Origin: a bacterium
GTDB lineage: Bacteria; Patescibacteriota; Minisyncoccia; Phycocordibacterales; UBA5272
NCBI GenBank assembly: GCA_043719155.1
Contig: JAYSUJ010000022.1
Span: forward strand, 10,448 to 74,447
DNA: 64,000 bases
Reading direction: 5' to 3'
Position numbers and translations under genes: made by a program. This document shows, one piece after another, positions 1-10,306 of the stretch (within the stretch, counting starts at the first letter, position 1; every line of letters starts with the position of its first letter). Below the pieces are notes generated by a model, which ran no database searches, was not told where the DNA came from, and saw nothing but the letters and a program-made list of their open reading frames with translations.

Positions 1-543
1 TGACGACACCTTTCCCAGAACACTTTTTACACTCGTGTTTTTTTGTACCTGGTTTAGCTCCGTCTCCGCTACAGGTCTCACATTTAACATGCCTATTGTA
101 AGTAACCTTTTTGTTAACTCCAAGAAAACTTTCCGCAATTGTAACTTGAATAAGGATTTGTAAATCTTCACCACGTCTCGACCTCTGCCTTCCTCCTCCT
201 CTGTTGCCACCAAACATGTCAAACATGTCCCCCATGTCAAACTCAAATCCGCTATTTTGCCCACCAAAACCAGAAAAATCAAAGCCCTCAAATCCACCAA
301 AGCCACCTTGACTAGCACCATGAGCTCCCCCATGTTGCCCTGCAGACCCAAATTGGTCATACTGGGCTCTTTTTTTATCATCATTTAGAGTTTGATAAGC
401 CTCGTTCACTTCTTTAAATTTAGTGTCATTTCCGGCGTTCTTGTCTGGATGATGAAGATGTGCCAATTTGTAAAAAGCTTTTTTAATCTCGTCTTTATTG
501 GCTTTTTTATCAACTCCCAAAGTTTTGTAATAGTCTTTACTCA
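1..543 (-). CDS. dnaJ: Molecular chaperone DnaJ, partial (N-terminal J domain, G/F-rich linker and start of CxxCxGxG zinc-finger region); C-terminus beyond window start
   Basis: Reverse translation from ATG at 541-543 gives MSKDYYKTLGVDKKANKDEIKKAFYKLAHLHHPDKN (J domain with HPD), then G/F-rich region and CETCSGDGAKPG..CKKCSGKG zinc-finger repeats; not in ORF track because it runs off the window edge. Confidence 0.85.
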
Positions 544-650
544 TAATTTGTATAAATCTTTCTTGTCAGACTATATCAAAATACAAAGTAAAGTCAAGTA
601 AAAACTGGGTAACTTTCATTGCCCAGTTTACCTTTTCAGGATTTTATTTG

Positions 651-791
651 TCATCTTTTCTTCTTGTGCCTTTTTCTTGCACGCTTTAGAACATCACACG
701 GGTTCTTATCGGCCCATACAAAGTACGCAGCAGTGCAGATTGGCGGCAACAAGACAAAGGCTCCTATTAGAAATTTGAGCACCGTGTCCAT
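651..791 (-). CDS. Small hypothetical membrane peptide (46 aa, hydrophobic core, basic KRARKRHKKKR tail), GC-elevated
   Basis: ATG 789-791 preceded by GGAGA; translation MDTVLKFLIGAFVLLPPICTAAYFVWADKNPCDVLKRARKRHKKKR; stem-loop+T-run downstream on minus strand (~605-640). Confidence 0.3.
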   Translation of the reverse strand: MDTVLKFLIGAFVLLPPICTAAYFVWADKNPCDVLKRARKRHKKKR

Positions 792-1081
792 CCTAGTCTC
801 CTTTAGATTGAACAGTTTTAAATTCTACTCTTGTCACAAAATTATGCAAATTTTTTTGTGAGCTTGGTCGGTGCATAACCTGTAAATCTCTTGTTAAGTA
901 TGGTTTTTCTAAATTTTTGTTGGAAAAGTATATATTCTATAAACTCTTTAATTTTTTTAGTCTGAAAAACCTATATTTTATACATGTTTTTTACTTTTCC
1001 ACATAGGCCATTCTTTCAATCCATTTGTAAGTTCTATATACTTTTTATAACTCAAGAAAGTAAAGTTGAGTTTTAAAAAAT

Positions 1082-1363
1082 ATGCCATTTAGAGAACAAG
1101 ATAGAGAACAGAAACCAGTGAAGACAGTCACAACAGTTACAAGTGGGGACCGCTTTACAACACTTGCATATGTTAAGGTACTGCTAAGTGGTGAGAATGT
1201 AAATGCGGCAAAAGCAAAAATTGCATCCTATAACAGAAGTAGACCAAAAGGGATTGAACCAATCAGTTTAGATGACGTATACAAAAATGATCCAATGGAC
1301 TTTTTAAAAGTAAAGAATCGTGTTCCCCCAGATCCTAAAAGACAAACGTTTAGAAATGTTTAA
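1082..1363 (+). CDS. Hypothetical hydrophilic small protein (93 aa), GC-elevated, convergent with dnaK
   Basis: ORF-track ORF; weak RBS; followed by hairpin agctggg-tcaa-cccagct + T-run. Confidence 0.3.
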   Translation: MPFREQDREQKPVKTVTTVTSGDRFTTLAYVKVLLSGENVNAAKAKIASYNRSRPKGIEPISLDDVYKNDPMDFLKVKNRVPPDPKRQTFRNV

Positions 1364-1365
1364 AC

Positions 1366-1396
1366 AAAAAGCTGGGTCAACCCCAGCTTTTTTTGT
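1366..1396. terminator. Bidirectional intrinsic terminator between convergent 1082..1363 ORF and dnaK
   Basis: aaaaagctgggtcaaccccagcttttttt: GC stem flanked by A-run and T-run. Confidence 0.5.
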
Positions 1397-1413
1397 TAAG
1401 AGAATTTTAATAC

Positions 1414-3276
1414 TTAGTTCCCCTCTGGTTTTACTTCTTCAGGGCCAGCTTGAGTATTCTGTTCTCCCGTTTGACCTGCCTTACTCATCTCCTCGCCAAT
1501 TTTTTGCATGACTGTAGACAGATTATCTATTTCTTTTTTAATCTCTGTGCCGTCGTCTTTGGCTTTCACTTCATTTAATTTGCTGATAGCATCCTCCACC
1601 GTTTTTTTAGTATCTGAAGAAATTTTATCTCCAGCATCCTTTAAAGCCTTTTCCGCGATGTGTACAGTTTGTTCAGCTTGGTTTTTAATATCTACCAAAT
1701 CTTTTTTCTTAGCATCACTTTCGGCATTAACCTCTGCATCTTTTTTCATCTTTTCAATTTCTTCTTTTGAAAGTCCTGAAGAGGCTTCTATTCGTATTGT
1801 CGACTCTTTTCCAGAGGTTTTGTCTTTAGCTGTAACATTTAAAATACCGTTAGCATCGATGTCGAGTTTGATCTCAACTTGTGGCACTCCTCGTGGTGCT
1901 GGTGGTATGCCGTCAAGGTTAAAGATACCAAGCGACTTGTTGTCTGTTGCCATTGGTCTCTCACCTTGTAAAACATTTACTTGTACCGAGGTTTGGTTGT
2001 CCGATGCTGTAGAAAATATTTGTGACGCCTGAGTTGGTATGGTTGTATTTTTCTCTATTAACTTTGTCATCACTCCACCCATAGTTTCTATGCCAAAAGA
2101 CAAAGGAATGACGTCCAGTAGTAAAATATCTTTCACATCACCTTGTAGCACACCAGCTTGAACTGCTGCACCGAGGGCAACTACTTCGTCAGGATTGATA
2201 GATCTGTTCGGCTCTTTTCCAAAAAAATCTTTTACCGCTTCTACTATCATTGGCATACGAGTTTGACCTCCGACCATAATAACTTCTTGAATTTCAGATT
2301 TTGTAAACCCAGATGCATCTAAACATCTTTTAGCAATTTCCATGCTTCGATCAACAAATTTCTGAGCCAGTTTTTCTAACTGAGTTTTAGAAATTTTTAA
2401 CAACAAGTGTTCTGGACCATTTGCGCCACTTGTTATAAAAGGAATATTTATTTCAGCTTCCGGAACAGTAGAAAGCTCATGTTTTGCTTTTTCAGCCGCC
2501 TCGTCGATTCGTTGTAAAGCCAGAGGATCCTTAGAGACATCTATTCCAGAAGTTTTCTTGAACTCAGTGATAATGTAGGACACAATCTCTCTATCTATGT
2601 CGCGACCCCCAAGATGCGAGTCACCATCTGTACTTTTAACCTCAACAACATCTGCTGAAACTTCTAAAATTGAAATATCAAATGTCCCTCCGCCAAAGTC
2701 ATAGACAGCAATTTTTTGATTCTGTTTTTTATCAAATCCGTACGCCAAGGCAGCAGCTGTAGGTTCGTTTATAATACGTAAAACTTTAAGTCCTGCGATT
2801 TCACCTGCATTTTTAGTGGCTTCTCGTTGCTCGTTGTTAAAGTAGGCTGGCACAGTGATTACAGCTTCGGTTATCTTTTCACCTAGCTTGGCCTCTACAT
2901 CAGTTTTAATTTTTTGTAAAATCATAGCTGAAACTTCTTCTGGCCTATAATTTTTATCTCCAAGTTTAACCATGGTTCCTCCGTTGGCATCTTTGTCGAT
3001 TTTGAATGCAACACGCCCTATGTCTGCCGAAACCTCTTTGTCTGAAAATGCATGTCCCATATACCTTTTAACACCATATATTGTGTTTTGGGGATTGGTA
3101 ACAGATTGTCTTTTGGCTAATTGCCCTACAAGCCTATCCCCGTTTTTAGCAATCGCTACAACGGAAGGTGTTGTTCTGTTTCCCTCAATATTTTCGATTA
3201 TTTTAGGTGCTCCAGCTTCAATTATTGCTACTGCAGAGTTGGTTGTTCCAAGGTCTATTCCTATTATTTTTGCCAT
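1414..3276 (-). CDS. dnaK: Molecular chaperone DnaK (Hsp70), 620 aa
   Basis: [18 protein letters not shown]..., DLGGGTFD, full ATPase and substrate-binding domains. Confidence 0.97.
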   Translation of the reverse strand: MAKIIGIDLGTTNSAVAIIEAGAPKIIENIEGNRTTPSVVAIAKNGDRLVGQLAKRQSVTNPQNTIYGVKRYMGHAFSDKEVSADIGRVAFKIDKDANGGTMVKLGDKNYRPEEVSAMILQKIKTDVEAKLGEKITEAVITVPAYFNNEQREATKNAGEIAGLKVLRIINEPTAAALAYGFDKKQNQKIAVYDFGGGTFDISILEVSADVVEVKSTDGDSHLGGRDIDREIVSYIITEFKKTSGIDVSKDPLALQRIDEAAEKAKHELSTVPEAEINIPFITSGANGPEHLLLKISKTQLEKLAQKFVDRSMEIAKRCLDASGFTKSEIQEVIMVGGQTRMPMIVEAVKDFFGKEPNRSINPDEVVALGAAVQAGVLQGDVKDILLLDVIPLSFGIETMGGVMTKLIEKNTTIPTQASQIFSTASDNQTSVQVNVLQGERPMATDNKSLGIFNLDGIPPAPRGVPQVEIKLDIDANGILNVTAKDKTSGKESTIRIEASSGLSKEEIEKMKKDAEVNAESDAKKKDLVDIKNQAEQTVHIAEKALKDAGDKISSDTKKTVEDAISKLNEVKAKDDGTEIKKEIDNLSTVMQKIGEEMSKAGQTGEQNTQAGPEEVKPEGN

Positions 3277-3360
3277 ATGTTTTTTTGTATTAAATTTTCT
3301 ATTTAATTATTTTTTTGATAATGTACAATCTATAATCTATTTTCAATTTCTTGTCAAGCT

Positions 3361-3921
3361 TTATTTAAAAATGTAAATTTTTACTTTTGCTTCTCGCAAT
3401 TGTTTACCATTCAGATCATAACCACTTTGGATAATTTCAGAAACAGTATGGTCTTTTGTCTCATCGTCTGCCTGCACCTCTTCAACTGCATGCATGGTGT
3501 TTACGTCAAATTTGTCACCTACTTTTGGTTCTATTTTTTTTAATCCTGCATTCTCACAAGTTGTTGTCAATTGCTGAAAAATGTATTCCACACCCATTCT
3601 CCAGTTTGCCTCCACCTTTTCCCAAGTAGTTACGTTCTTTCTTGCCATGCCGTAACTATCTAAAACAGGTATTAAGTCCTCCAAAAGATTAGCTGCTGCG
3701 CCTCTGTAAATCTCCAGTTTTTCAACCTGCATTTGCTTGTCCTTATTTACCAACTCTGCTCTAGCTCTTTGCCATCCGTCCAAGTTTATTTTAGATTCTT
3801 CTGCCTTTTCTTTTAGTTGCATTCTCAAATCTTTTACTTTTTCTTGTAAAGTTTTCTCATCCCCAGCTTCAGTTGTTTCCTCAAACTCCAAAACCTCATC
3901 TGTGTTTTCTTCTTTTTTCAT
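3361..3921 (-). CDS. grpE: Nucleotide exchange factor GrpE
   Basis: Acidic N-term, coiled-coil, conserved GrpE core (..ELVNKDKQMQVEKLEIYRGAAANLLEDLIPVLDS..); upstream of dnaK on same strand. Confidence 0.9.
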   Translation of the reverse strand: MKKEENTDEVLEFEETTEAGDEKTLQEKVKDLRMQLKEKAEESKINLDGWQRARAELVNKDKQMQVEKLEIYRGAAANLLEDLIPVLDSYGMARKNVTTWEKVEANWRMGVEYIFQQLTTTCENAGLKKIEPKVGDKFDVNTMHAVEEVQADDETKDHTVSEIIQSGYDLNGKQLREAKVKIYIFK

Positions 3922-4034
3922 AGTTGTATATGTGCTGATTATAGTTAAAAAAAACTATTTGTCAACAATTTACAACTTGGGAATCTATTGCCTTTAAAAT
4001 CAATTAATATATACTTTAAAAGAACAACAAACAT

Positions 4035-4574
4035 ATGCAAGAAAAACTTTCTTTGAAAAATATCTTAATAACAATTGTTCTAATGACAATTCTTTTTTCT
4101 GTCTCACTTTTCACTTATAATAAATACAGTAGTTCCGAGTCGTCCATAGCCTACACTGGTTTAGGTCAAAGTTCTGATCAAAACGAGTATGTGGTAAAGA
4201 GAGACATAGTTGTTACCTCTGCAATTTTAAACTCAGATAAAATAGAATTTGTTCAAAGGAAAATAACAGGAGGTGGTGTTAACCCTGGTTGGGTAATCTC
4301 TCTTTTGGAAACTCAGCCTAATGTATTCACTGGTAGAGTAATTGTTGATGACGGAGTCTACCAGCACCCTGTTACAGTCAAAGAAGAAGTGACTAACATA
4401 TTTGTCGGCGAGATGAAAAGTAAAGATGGAAAAAAGGAAACATTTTCAATGAAAAAAAGCCTGCAGAACTGTAAAGATGAGGAAAAAAATCTTTTTGAGT
4501 ACTCTTTGACCGGTACTTATGGGGCTACACAGTTCTTGGGTTGTGGAGGCAATATTTTATCGGAAGGGATTTAG
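4035..4574 (+). CDS. Hypothetical membrane-anchored/secreted protein (N-terminal TM/signal, 179 aa)
   Basis: Hydrophobic N-terminus ILITIVLMTILFSVSLF; no recognisable domain; divergent from grpE. Confidence 0.45.
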   Translation: MQEKLSLKNILITIVLMTILFSVSLFTYNKYSSSESSIAYTGLGQSSDQNEYVVKRDIVVTSAILNSDKIEFVQRKITGGGVNPGWVISLLETQPNVFTGRVIVDDGVYQHPVTVKEEVTNIFVGEMKSKDGKKETFSMKKSLQNCKDEEKNLFEYSLTGTYGATQFLGCGGNILSEGI

Positions 4575-4589
4575 TTTGTCTATTTACTT

Positions 4590-6059
4590 TTACAGCTTGA
4601 ATAAAAATCTCAACATCTTTGACTTAAGTGGCGTGAGTTTCTCAGACATGTATTGAAAAGTTCCACGAGGGTTCAGTTCTGATAGAGTTGGGTAGGCGTG
4701 GACAGTTTCAAAAATACTTTCCACTGGCAAATTGTTTTCCATGGCAAGTACCCACTCGGTTATGAGTTCACCTGCATGAGGAGCAACAATTGTAACCCCT
4801 AGAATTTTTCCACCTCGCTTGTACCACTTATTTTTACCAACCAAAACTTGTATAAATCCTTCTGCCTCTGTTCCACCTGCCTTTGCTCTGTCTACATGTT
4901 CTAGTCTTGTAGTAAAAGATTTAAAATCTATCTTCATATCAACCAGGTCTTTTTGACTTGAACCCACATGGGCCACTTCAGGAAAAGTGTATGTAACCCA
5001 AGGAAATGCATTAGGCTGTGCTTTTTTCTTTAACCAAGGCATGAGAAAAGAAATAAATTTTGGAACAAATAAATTATTCAAAACGGCCCTTGCTTGATAA
5101 CCTGCTGCATGAGTAAACATGAGCTTTCCATTGCAATCACCAATAGCGTAAACTCTTTTATTTGTTGTTTGAAGATAGTCATTTATCTCTATTCCTCTTT
5201 CTGTAAATTTAATATTTGCTTTGTCTAAAGCTAGGTCTAGATTTAGGTCACGACCTACAGCTACTAAAAGTTCTTCGGATTTTAAAATAATCCCATTTTC
5301 AAGTTCGACACATTTTTCGCCGTCTAGTTCGAATACTTTTTTTATTTCTGCGTTTGGAAATATCTCAATTCCAAGTTTCTTTAATTTCTCTGTCATAAAC
5401 TGCCTAGTCTCCAGTTCTTCTCTTGCCATAACTAAGTCCTCTTTCAAAATCATTTTCACTCTAGTCCCAAAACAAGAAATGGCAGTTGCCATTTCCATGC
5501 CTATACTCCCTCCGCCTACTACAGTCATGGTTTTTGGTAGTTTTGGTAAGTCAAAAAATTGCTCGTTTGTAACAAATTTAACACTGTTAAAAATTTCTGG
5601 TATTCTAGGCTTGGATCCAGTCGCAACAATACACTTTTTAAATTTAAAATAAACCTCTTTATTGTTTGTCTTTTCTAAAACGATAATTTTATTTTCTGAG
5701 TAAAATTTAGCTTCACCAATTATTACATCGCAACCTAAATTTTGAAACCTATCTACACTGTCTGTCTTAGCTATCTCCTCTTCCACCATTTTAATTCTCT
5801 TTTTTGCTTCCTCAAAATGTTTAGAAAAATCTACATCTACCTTTTCATCGACAAATTTTTCTTCTCTAATTATCAACATTTTTTCTGCCTCGTGGATAAG
5901 TGTTTTAGATGGGATGCAGCCATTCCAAAGACAGTCTCCACCAAGTTTATTTTTCTCTAGTAATAAAACTTTTAATCCAAGTTTTGCAGCTCCTGCGGCG
6001 GCCGACAAGCCACCGCTCCCCGCCCCGATAATAACTAAGTCATATTTTTTCATATACAA
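4590..6059 (-). CDS. FAD-dependent pyridine nucleotide-disulfide oxidoreductase, dihydrolipoamide dehydrogenase/glutathione reductase family
   Basis: Rossmann GxGxxG (VIIGAGSGG), redox-active GGDCLWNGCIPSK, second NAD GGGSIG, C-terminal dimerisation HAYPTLSE. Confidence 0.85.
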   Translation of the reverse strand: MYMKKYDLVIIGAGSGGLSAAAGAAKLGLKVLLLEKNKLGGDCLWNGCIPSKTLIHEAEKMLIIREEKFVDEKVDVDFSKHFEEAKKRIKMVEEEIAKTDSVDRFQNLGCDVIIGEAKFYSENKIIVLEKTNNKEVYFKFKKCIVATGSKPRIPEIFNSVKFVTNEQFFDLPKLPKTMTVVGGGSIGMEMATAISCFGTRVKMILKEDLVMAREELETRQFMTEKLKKLGIEIFPNAEIKKVFELDGEKCVELENGIILKSEELLVAVGRDLNLDLALDKANIKFTERGIEINDYLQTTNKRVYAIGDCNGKLMFTHAAGYQARAVLNNLFVPKFISFLMPWLKKKAQPNAFPWVTYTFPEVAHVGSSQKDLVDMKIDFKSFTTRLEHVDRAKAGGTEAEGFIQVLVGKNKWYKRGGKILGVTIVAPHAGELITEWVLAMENNLPVESIFETVHAYPTLSELNPRGTFQYMSEKLTPLKSKMLRFLFKL

Positions 6060-6080
6060 ACTAGTTTAACATCTTTTACT

Positions 6081-7328
6081 TTATTTGCTATTTTTGTAAA
6101 ACTTTTCACAAAATTCCTTTTTAAAATTAAAAAAATTATCTTCTAATATTGATTGCCTTATTTTCTCTACGAGAGAGATTAAGAAATATAAATTATGTTC
6201 CGAAACTAAAATAGCCCCCAGCATCTCGTCACTTCTAAATAAATGGGCGATGTAAGCATGTGAGTACGGGTAGAGTGGCGAATTTATATCTGTAGTTATT
6301 TTACTAAAGTCTGTTTTATATTTCGAGTTTTCAATATTTATTTTTCCATTTTCTGTGAAAATCTGACCATGTCTAGCGATTCTAGTTGGGATAACGCAAT
6401 CAAAAGTATCTACGCCGTACTCAACCCCTAAGAAAAAATCTATAGGTTCACCTATACCTAAAAGATGTCTGGGTTTATTTTCAGGCAAAACTTCCGTGAC
6501 ACTTTTCACTGTTTTATCCATGTCTTCTTTTGTAAAACTACCACCGATACCAAAACCATCAAAATCCATTTTTGATAGAATTTCTGCTGATTCTTTTCTT
6601 AAATCTTCGTACCCTCCACCTTGGACTACTGCAAACAAAGCTTGTTGCTCACCTGTTGCACTACTTACACCCAACTTTTTATGTTCATCGACACATCTTT
6701 TTGCCCAACGATGTGTTCTGTCCATTGCAGCAATTTGGTATTCACGAGTTGCAAGTGGTGAGGTGCATTCGTCAAAGGCAAAAAAAATATCTGCACCAAG
6801 CTTATGTTGTATCTGCATTGATACTTCTGGGGTGAATCTGTGTGTTGAGCCATCAATAAAACTCTTAAAAGTGACACCTTCCTCATCAACTTTTGCCATT
6901 TGTTCTTTTGTCGACTTAACAACCTTGTCCAGCATGCTTTGCTTTTCCTCAGCTATTTTTTTACTAGTCGCAATTTTAGTAACTCCAGAGTTAAAAGCCG
7001 CACCCAAACTTAGTACTTGAAACCCGCCAGAGTCCGTCCATGTTGGGCCAAAATAATTCATAAATTTTCCGAAACCACCGGCTTGCTCAACAATCTCCAT
7101 ACCAGGTTGTAAATAGAGGTGATAAGTATTTGCTAAAATACTTCGGCTACCAATTTTTTCTAATGAGGAGACCTGTACACCTTTAACTGTGGCTTTGGTC
7201 CCTACTGGTACAAAACAAGGTGTTAAAATATCTCCGTGTGGAGTAATTATTCTACCTGCTCTAGCTAAAGCTGCTTCAAAGCTTTTTTTTTGTATCTTAA
7301 ATGAGAATTCTTTATTTTTATTTTGCAT
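6081..7328 (-). CDS. tgt: Queuine tRNA-ribosyltransferase (tRNA-guanine transglycosylase)
   Basis: TDSGGFQV catalytic Asp, GIGEPID, FDCVIPTR, ..SEHN; 415 aa with ~25-aa internal insertion; zinc Cys triad absent (see findings). Confidence 0.88.
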   Translation of the reverse strand: MQNKNKEFSFKIQKKSFEAALARAGRIITPHGDILTPCFVPVGTKATVKGVQVSSLEKIGSRSILANTYHLYLQPGMEIVEQAGGFGKFMNYFGPTWTDSGGFQVLSLGAAFNSGVTKIATSKKIAEEKQSMLDKVVKSTKEQMAKVDEEGVTFKSFIDGSTHRFTPEVSMQIQHKLGADIFFAFDECTSPLATREYQIAAMDRTHRWAKRCVDEHKKLGVSSATGEQQALFAVVQGGGYEDLRKESAEILSKMDFDGFGIGGSFTKEDMDKTVKSVTEVLPENKPRHLLGIGEPIDFFLGVEYGVDTFDCVIPTRIARHGQIFTENGKINIENSKYKTDFSKITTDINSPLYPYSHAYIAHLFRSDEMLGAILVSEHNLYFLISLVEKIRQSILEDNFFNFKKEFCEKFYKNSK

Positions 7329-7354
7329 TTAGAAAAGATTATATCACACTAGGG

Positions 7355-7597
7355 TTACCTTAAATATTTCTCTAATTTACTTTTTAATCTTAAATAAATC
7401 TTTAAAATTTCTGGATATCGCTTTAGGAAAGTTTCGATTTTTTCTTCTACCCAAGGTACCTCAAAAGAAATGAGGATTAGAGCCACCGCAAAGAAGACAG
7501 CTTGGGGTACAAGGGGTAAGGCCAAGCCAATAAAACCTAAAGCTAGAAAAATAATAATTAAAATATAAATAAAACTTTTCTTAATGTAAATTTTCAT
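7355..7597 (-). CDS. Small inner-membrane protein, DUF454/YbaN-like
   Basis: LGFIGLALPLVPQAVFFAVALILI pattern typical of YbaN family; 80 aa two-TM. Confidence 0.55.
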   Translation of the reverse strand: MKIYIKKSFIYILIIIFLALGFIGLALPLVPQAVFFAVALILISFEVPWVEEKIETFLKRYPEILKIYLRLKSKLEKYLR

Positions 7598-8826
7598 TAG
7601 ATTTTATAAGTTAAGACAGTTTTTGCAACTATTTTGTGAACTTTTATATCCAATGTAGAAGGCAAAATACATTCAGCCGTTGGTTTTACTATCTTAGCTA
7701 TAGCCTCAGCGCATTTTATAAAAAGTTTATTATCAAATTTGTTTGCATTTACAATGTTCTTGCTTTGTCGGTCGAGCATTCCTCTCCAAAAACCTGGAAA
7801 GAATATCGAGTTATTGATTTGGTTTGGAAAGTCACTACGACCAGTTCCGACAACTTTTGCTCCTCCTTTTTTCGCTTCATCAGGCATAATTTCCGGACTA
7901 GGGTTTGCTAAAGCGAAGATAATGGGGTCACGCTTCATCTTTGCTACATCATGCGAGTCAAACTGATTTGGCTTTGAAAGACCAATTACAACATCAAAAT
8001 TATGCATATTATCCTTAAGTGAACCAGAGACATTTAAAGTGTTTTGTCTTAACAAATCTTTTTTTTGTGTATTCAAGTCAGTTCTTTTGCTGTCAATTGC
8101 CCCTTTGGTATCGAAAACAGTTAAATTTTTTACTCCAAATATTTCTAAAAGTTTTGCTGTGGCAATTCCAGCAGCACCGGCACCAACAAGAGCGACGGAG
8201 ACTTCGGAACTTCTTTTTTTAACAACTTTTAATGCGTTAATAAGAGCTGCAATAGTTACTGTTGCAGCTCCCCACTGATCATCATGCATTACAGGAATTG
8301 AAAGCTCTGATCTCAATCTTTCCTCTATCTCAAAACACCTTGGGGCAGAGATGTCCTCCAGGTTTATTCCACCAAAAGTAGATTGTATGTTTTTAACAAT
8401 TTTTATAATCTCCTCTGTGTCCTGGCTTTCGATGCAAATTGGAAAGGCATCCACATTTGCAAATTGCTTCATTAAAACACTTTTACCTTCCATTACAGGT
8501 ATCGCCCCACTAGCGCCAATATTCCCCAGTCCCAAAACTGCTGAACCGTCTGAAACGACGGCTACTGTGTTTTTCTTTAATGTATATTTTTTTGCACTTT
8601 CAATGTTCTTGTTTTTATCATTAAAAATCTGCATGCAAACAGCTGCAACCCCTGGTGTGTAAGCCACGGATAAATCATCATTATTTTTTAGCTTAAACTT
8701 AGAAGTTAGTTCCAGTTTCCCGCCAAATTTTAAATGGGCTTGCAGGGAAAGTTCTGAATAATCTTTTTTGTTTATGGACTGGCTACTCTTTATGTTTTTT
8801 TTCATATATAAATATAGTATATCCAA
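7597..8826 (-). CDS. NAD(P)-dependent malic enzyme (short bacterial/archaeal type)
   Basis: LSVAYTPGVAAVC, VVSDGSAVLGLGNIG, NLEDISAP, VGAGAAGIA NAD-binding motif. Confidence 0.85.
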   Translation of the reverse strand: MDILYLYMKKNIKSSQSINKKDYSELSLQAHLKFGGKLELTSKFKLKNNDDLSVAYTPGVAAVCMQIFNDKNKNIESAKKYTLKKNTVAVVSDGSAVLGLGNIGASGAIPVMEGKSVLMKQFANVDAFPICIESQDTEEIIKIVKNIQSTFGGINLEDISAPRCFEIEERLRSELSIPVMHDDQWGAATVTIAALINALKVVKKRSSEVSVALVGAGAAGIATAKLLEIFGVKNLTVFDTKGAIDSKRTDLNTQKKDLLRQNTLNVSGSLKDNMHNFDVVIGLSKPNQFDSHDVAKMKRDPIIFALANPSPEIMPDEAKKGGAKVVGTGRSDFPNQINNSIFFPGFWRGMLDRQSKNIVNANKFDNKLFIKCAEAIAKIVKPTAECILPSTLDIKVHKIVAKTVLTYKI

Positions 8827-8857
8827 ATTTAAAAATTAAGAAAACTTTACAAATTCA

Positions 8858-9280
8858 CTAATAGTTGTAGCCTCCGTAATAATCATTTTTCCTAAAAAAC
8901 CTGGAGGTAAAGAACATGTAGAGTAAGAAAATCATAAAAGGGTAAAAAGTTATCACATAACTACACAGAAATCTAAACAAAAGAACTATGTAATCTGTGA
9001 TGGTCCACAAAACTGAAGCTGCTCCATTGGTTCTCTGCAACTTTAAAACCAGTAAGTCATCTTGCCTTTCAAAAAAATTATAGCCACCAATTCGCACATT
9101 TTCTAAAGAATCCAGAAAAGTACTTGGCGCAGTTTCGGTCACTTGACTGCCCTCTTCAGTAACAATGTTTACTAGCGACAACAGACTTTTTCTAGCTTGT
9201 CTCTCAAGCCCCGTGTCGCTTATGGTTAAAATAACTGAAATTAATAGAAAAACAAATGTAAGTCTTTTGTAATTAAACAT
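8858..9280 (-). CDS. Hypothetical protein with N-terminal signal/TM and C-terminal TM (140 aa)
   Basis: ORF-track ORF, hydrophobic termini, no recognisable domain. Confidence 0.4.
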   Translation of the reverse strand: MFNYKRLTFVFLLISVILTISDTGLERQARKSLLSLVNIVTEEGSQVTETAPSTFLDSLENVRIGGYNFFERQDDLLVLKLQRTNGAASVLWTITDYIVLLFRFLCSYVITFYPFMIFLLYMFFTSRFFRKNDYYGGYNY

Positions 9281-9347
9281 ATGGAAATTATATCAGTTTT
9301 CTTTTAAAAAGCGTTGAAAATTAATAATTTTTGGGGAAAAATAACCA

Positions 9348-9376
9348 TTGACATTTTTGTAATATAGTGTTATATT
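9348..9376 (+). promoter_or_regulatory. Sigma70-like promoter for 9383 gene
   Basis: TTGACA (9348-9353) - 17 nt - TATATT (9371-9376). Confidence 0.5.
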
Positions 9377-9382
9377 GTTGAA

Positions 9383-10306
9383 ATGAGTAAGTATGTAACA
9401 GATGGAAAAAATAAGGAGATAGTTGGACTTTGTTTAATAATAATTTTTTGTATTGCTGCCAGAGTTCTACCTTTCGGTCTGATTGGCATAATTGTTCCAC
9501 TCCTAATGCTTGCGTTAGTGGCTTTTTATTTTTTTAAATATGTAGACAACGAGTTTGCATCTACCAATTTAATTAAGACAAAACCTGTTGTAGAATTTTC
9601 ATGGGGATACGTAAAGTCTGATGTACCAAAGCTAAATACTCTGGTATTGCTAGATTTTTTGAAAGCTAAAGACTTTTCTTTCTATAAGAATTTCCTAAGT
9701 TTGAACTTAATAAATCTTGTTTTTATTCTTTTTGTGTTCGGAGACTTTATTTTGGTATTTAAAAATTTAAGTTTTGAAGAGTCCGGAATTTATTTTATGT
9801 TCTCAATTTTTACAAAATTTGTTTTCGTTGGTTATTTCTTGTTGAGAAAAAACATGCAAGTAATTGAAGGAGAGTCTACCGTTGATGATAAGGAATTGAA
9901 AGTTCTGGATATTTTCTATAAACACGTAAATGGTATGATCTCGCTTTTCCTTGTGCTCTTCTTCTCTTTTTTTGTTTTAGCAAAATACATTATAGAGATT
10001 TTCTTTGGCAATCCATACGCACTTTACCAATCTTCTTTACCTTTTGTATTGGCTGCCAACTCCGCTTTAGTTATAGCTTTTTGTGTATATTTAACTGCAA
10101 ACATGATAAATAAAGAAGTGACCGCAAAAGTCATGAAGGTATTTGCTACATTTCTGACAATCTTTTTTGTGTTTATGCCTATAAATTACATTGACACTGT
10201 GACTTATTTTATAACAGGTTCGTCTTTAATCTTATCGATATTTTTGTACAACCTTGTAATTAAGAAACCTTCTTACATTGAGCACACCTACAACCTGACT
10301 TTTTAA
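9383..10306 (+). CDS. Hypothetical polytopic membrane protein (307 aa, ~8 TM)
   Basis: Multiple hydrophobic segments; no recognisable motif; 3-prime end overlaps SET gene convergently. Confidence 0.5.
   Translation: MSKYVTDGKNKEIVGLCLIIIFCIAARVLPFGLIGIIVPLLMLALVAFYFFKYVDNEFASTNLIKTKPVVEFSWGYVKSDVPKLNTLVLLDFLKAKDFSFYKNFLSLNLINLVFILFVFGDFILVFKNLSFEESGIYFMFSIFTKFVFVGYFLLRKNMQVIEGESTVDDKELKVLDIFYKHVNGMISLFLVLFFSFFVLAKYIIEIFFGNPYALYQSSLPFVLAANSALVIAFCVYLTANMINKEVTAKVMKVFATFLTIFFVFMPINYIDTVTYFITGSSLILSIFLYNLVIKKPSYIEHTYNLTF

Noticed and set aside
619-861. ORF-track ORF 619..861 (+), 80 aa
   Set aside because: Hydrophobic low-complexity translation with no RBS; the opposite strand contains a better-supported small gene (651..791) with RBS and terminator.
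1508-2032. ORF-track ORFs antisense to dnaK (1508..2032, 2972..3376 etc.)
   Set aside because: Antisense to a highly conserved gene, S/L-rich low-complexity products typical of reverse-frame artefacts.
3922-4034. CIRCE/HrcA operator upstream of grpE-dnaK
   Set aside because: No match to TTAGCACTC-N9-GAGTGCTAA was seen in the grpE upstream region.
5221-7020. Antisense ORFs inside the oxidoreductase and tgt genes (5221..5652, 6496..7020, 6572..6835, 6665..6922)
   Set aside because: Embedded in conserved CDS on the other strand; Ser/Leu-rich compositions; no start context.
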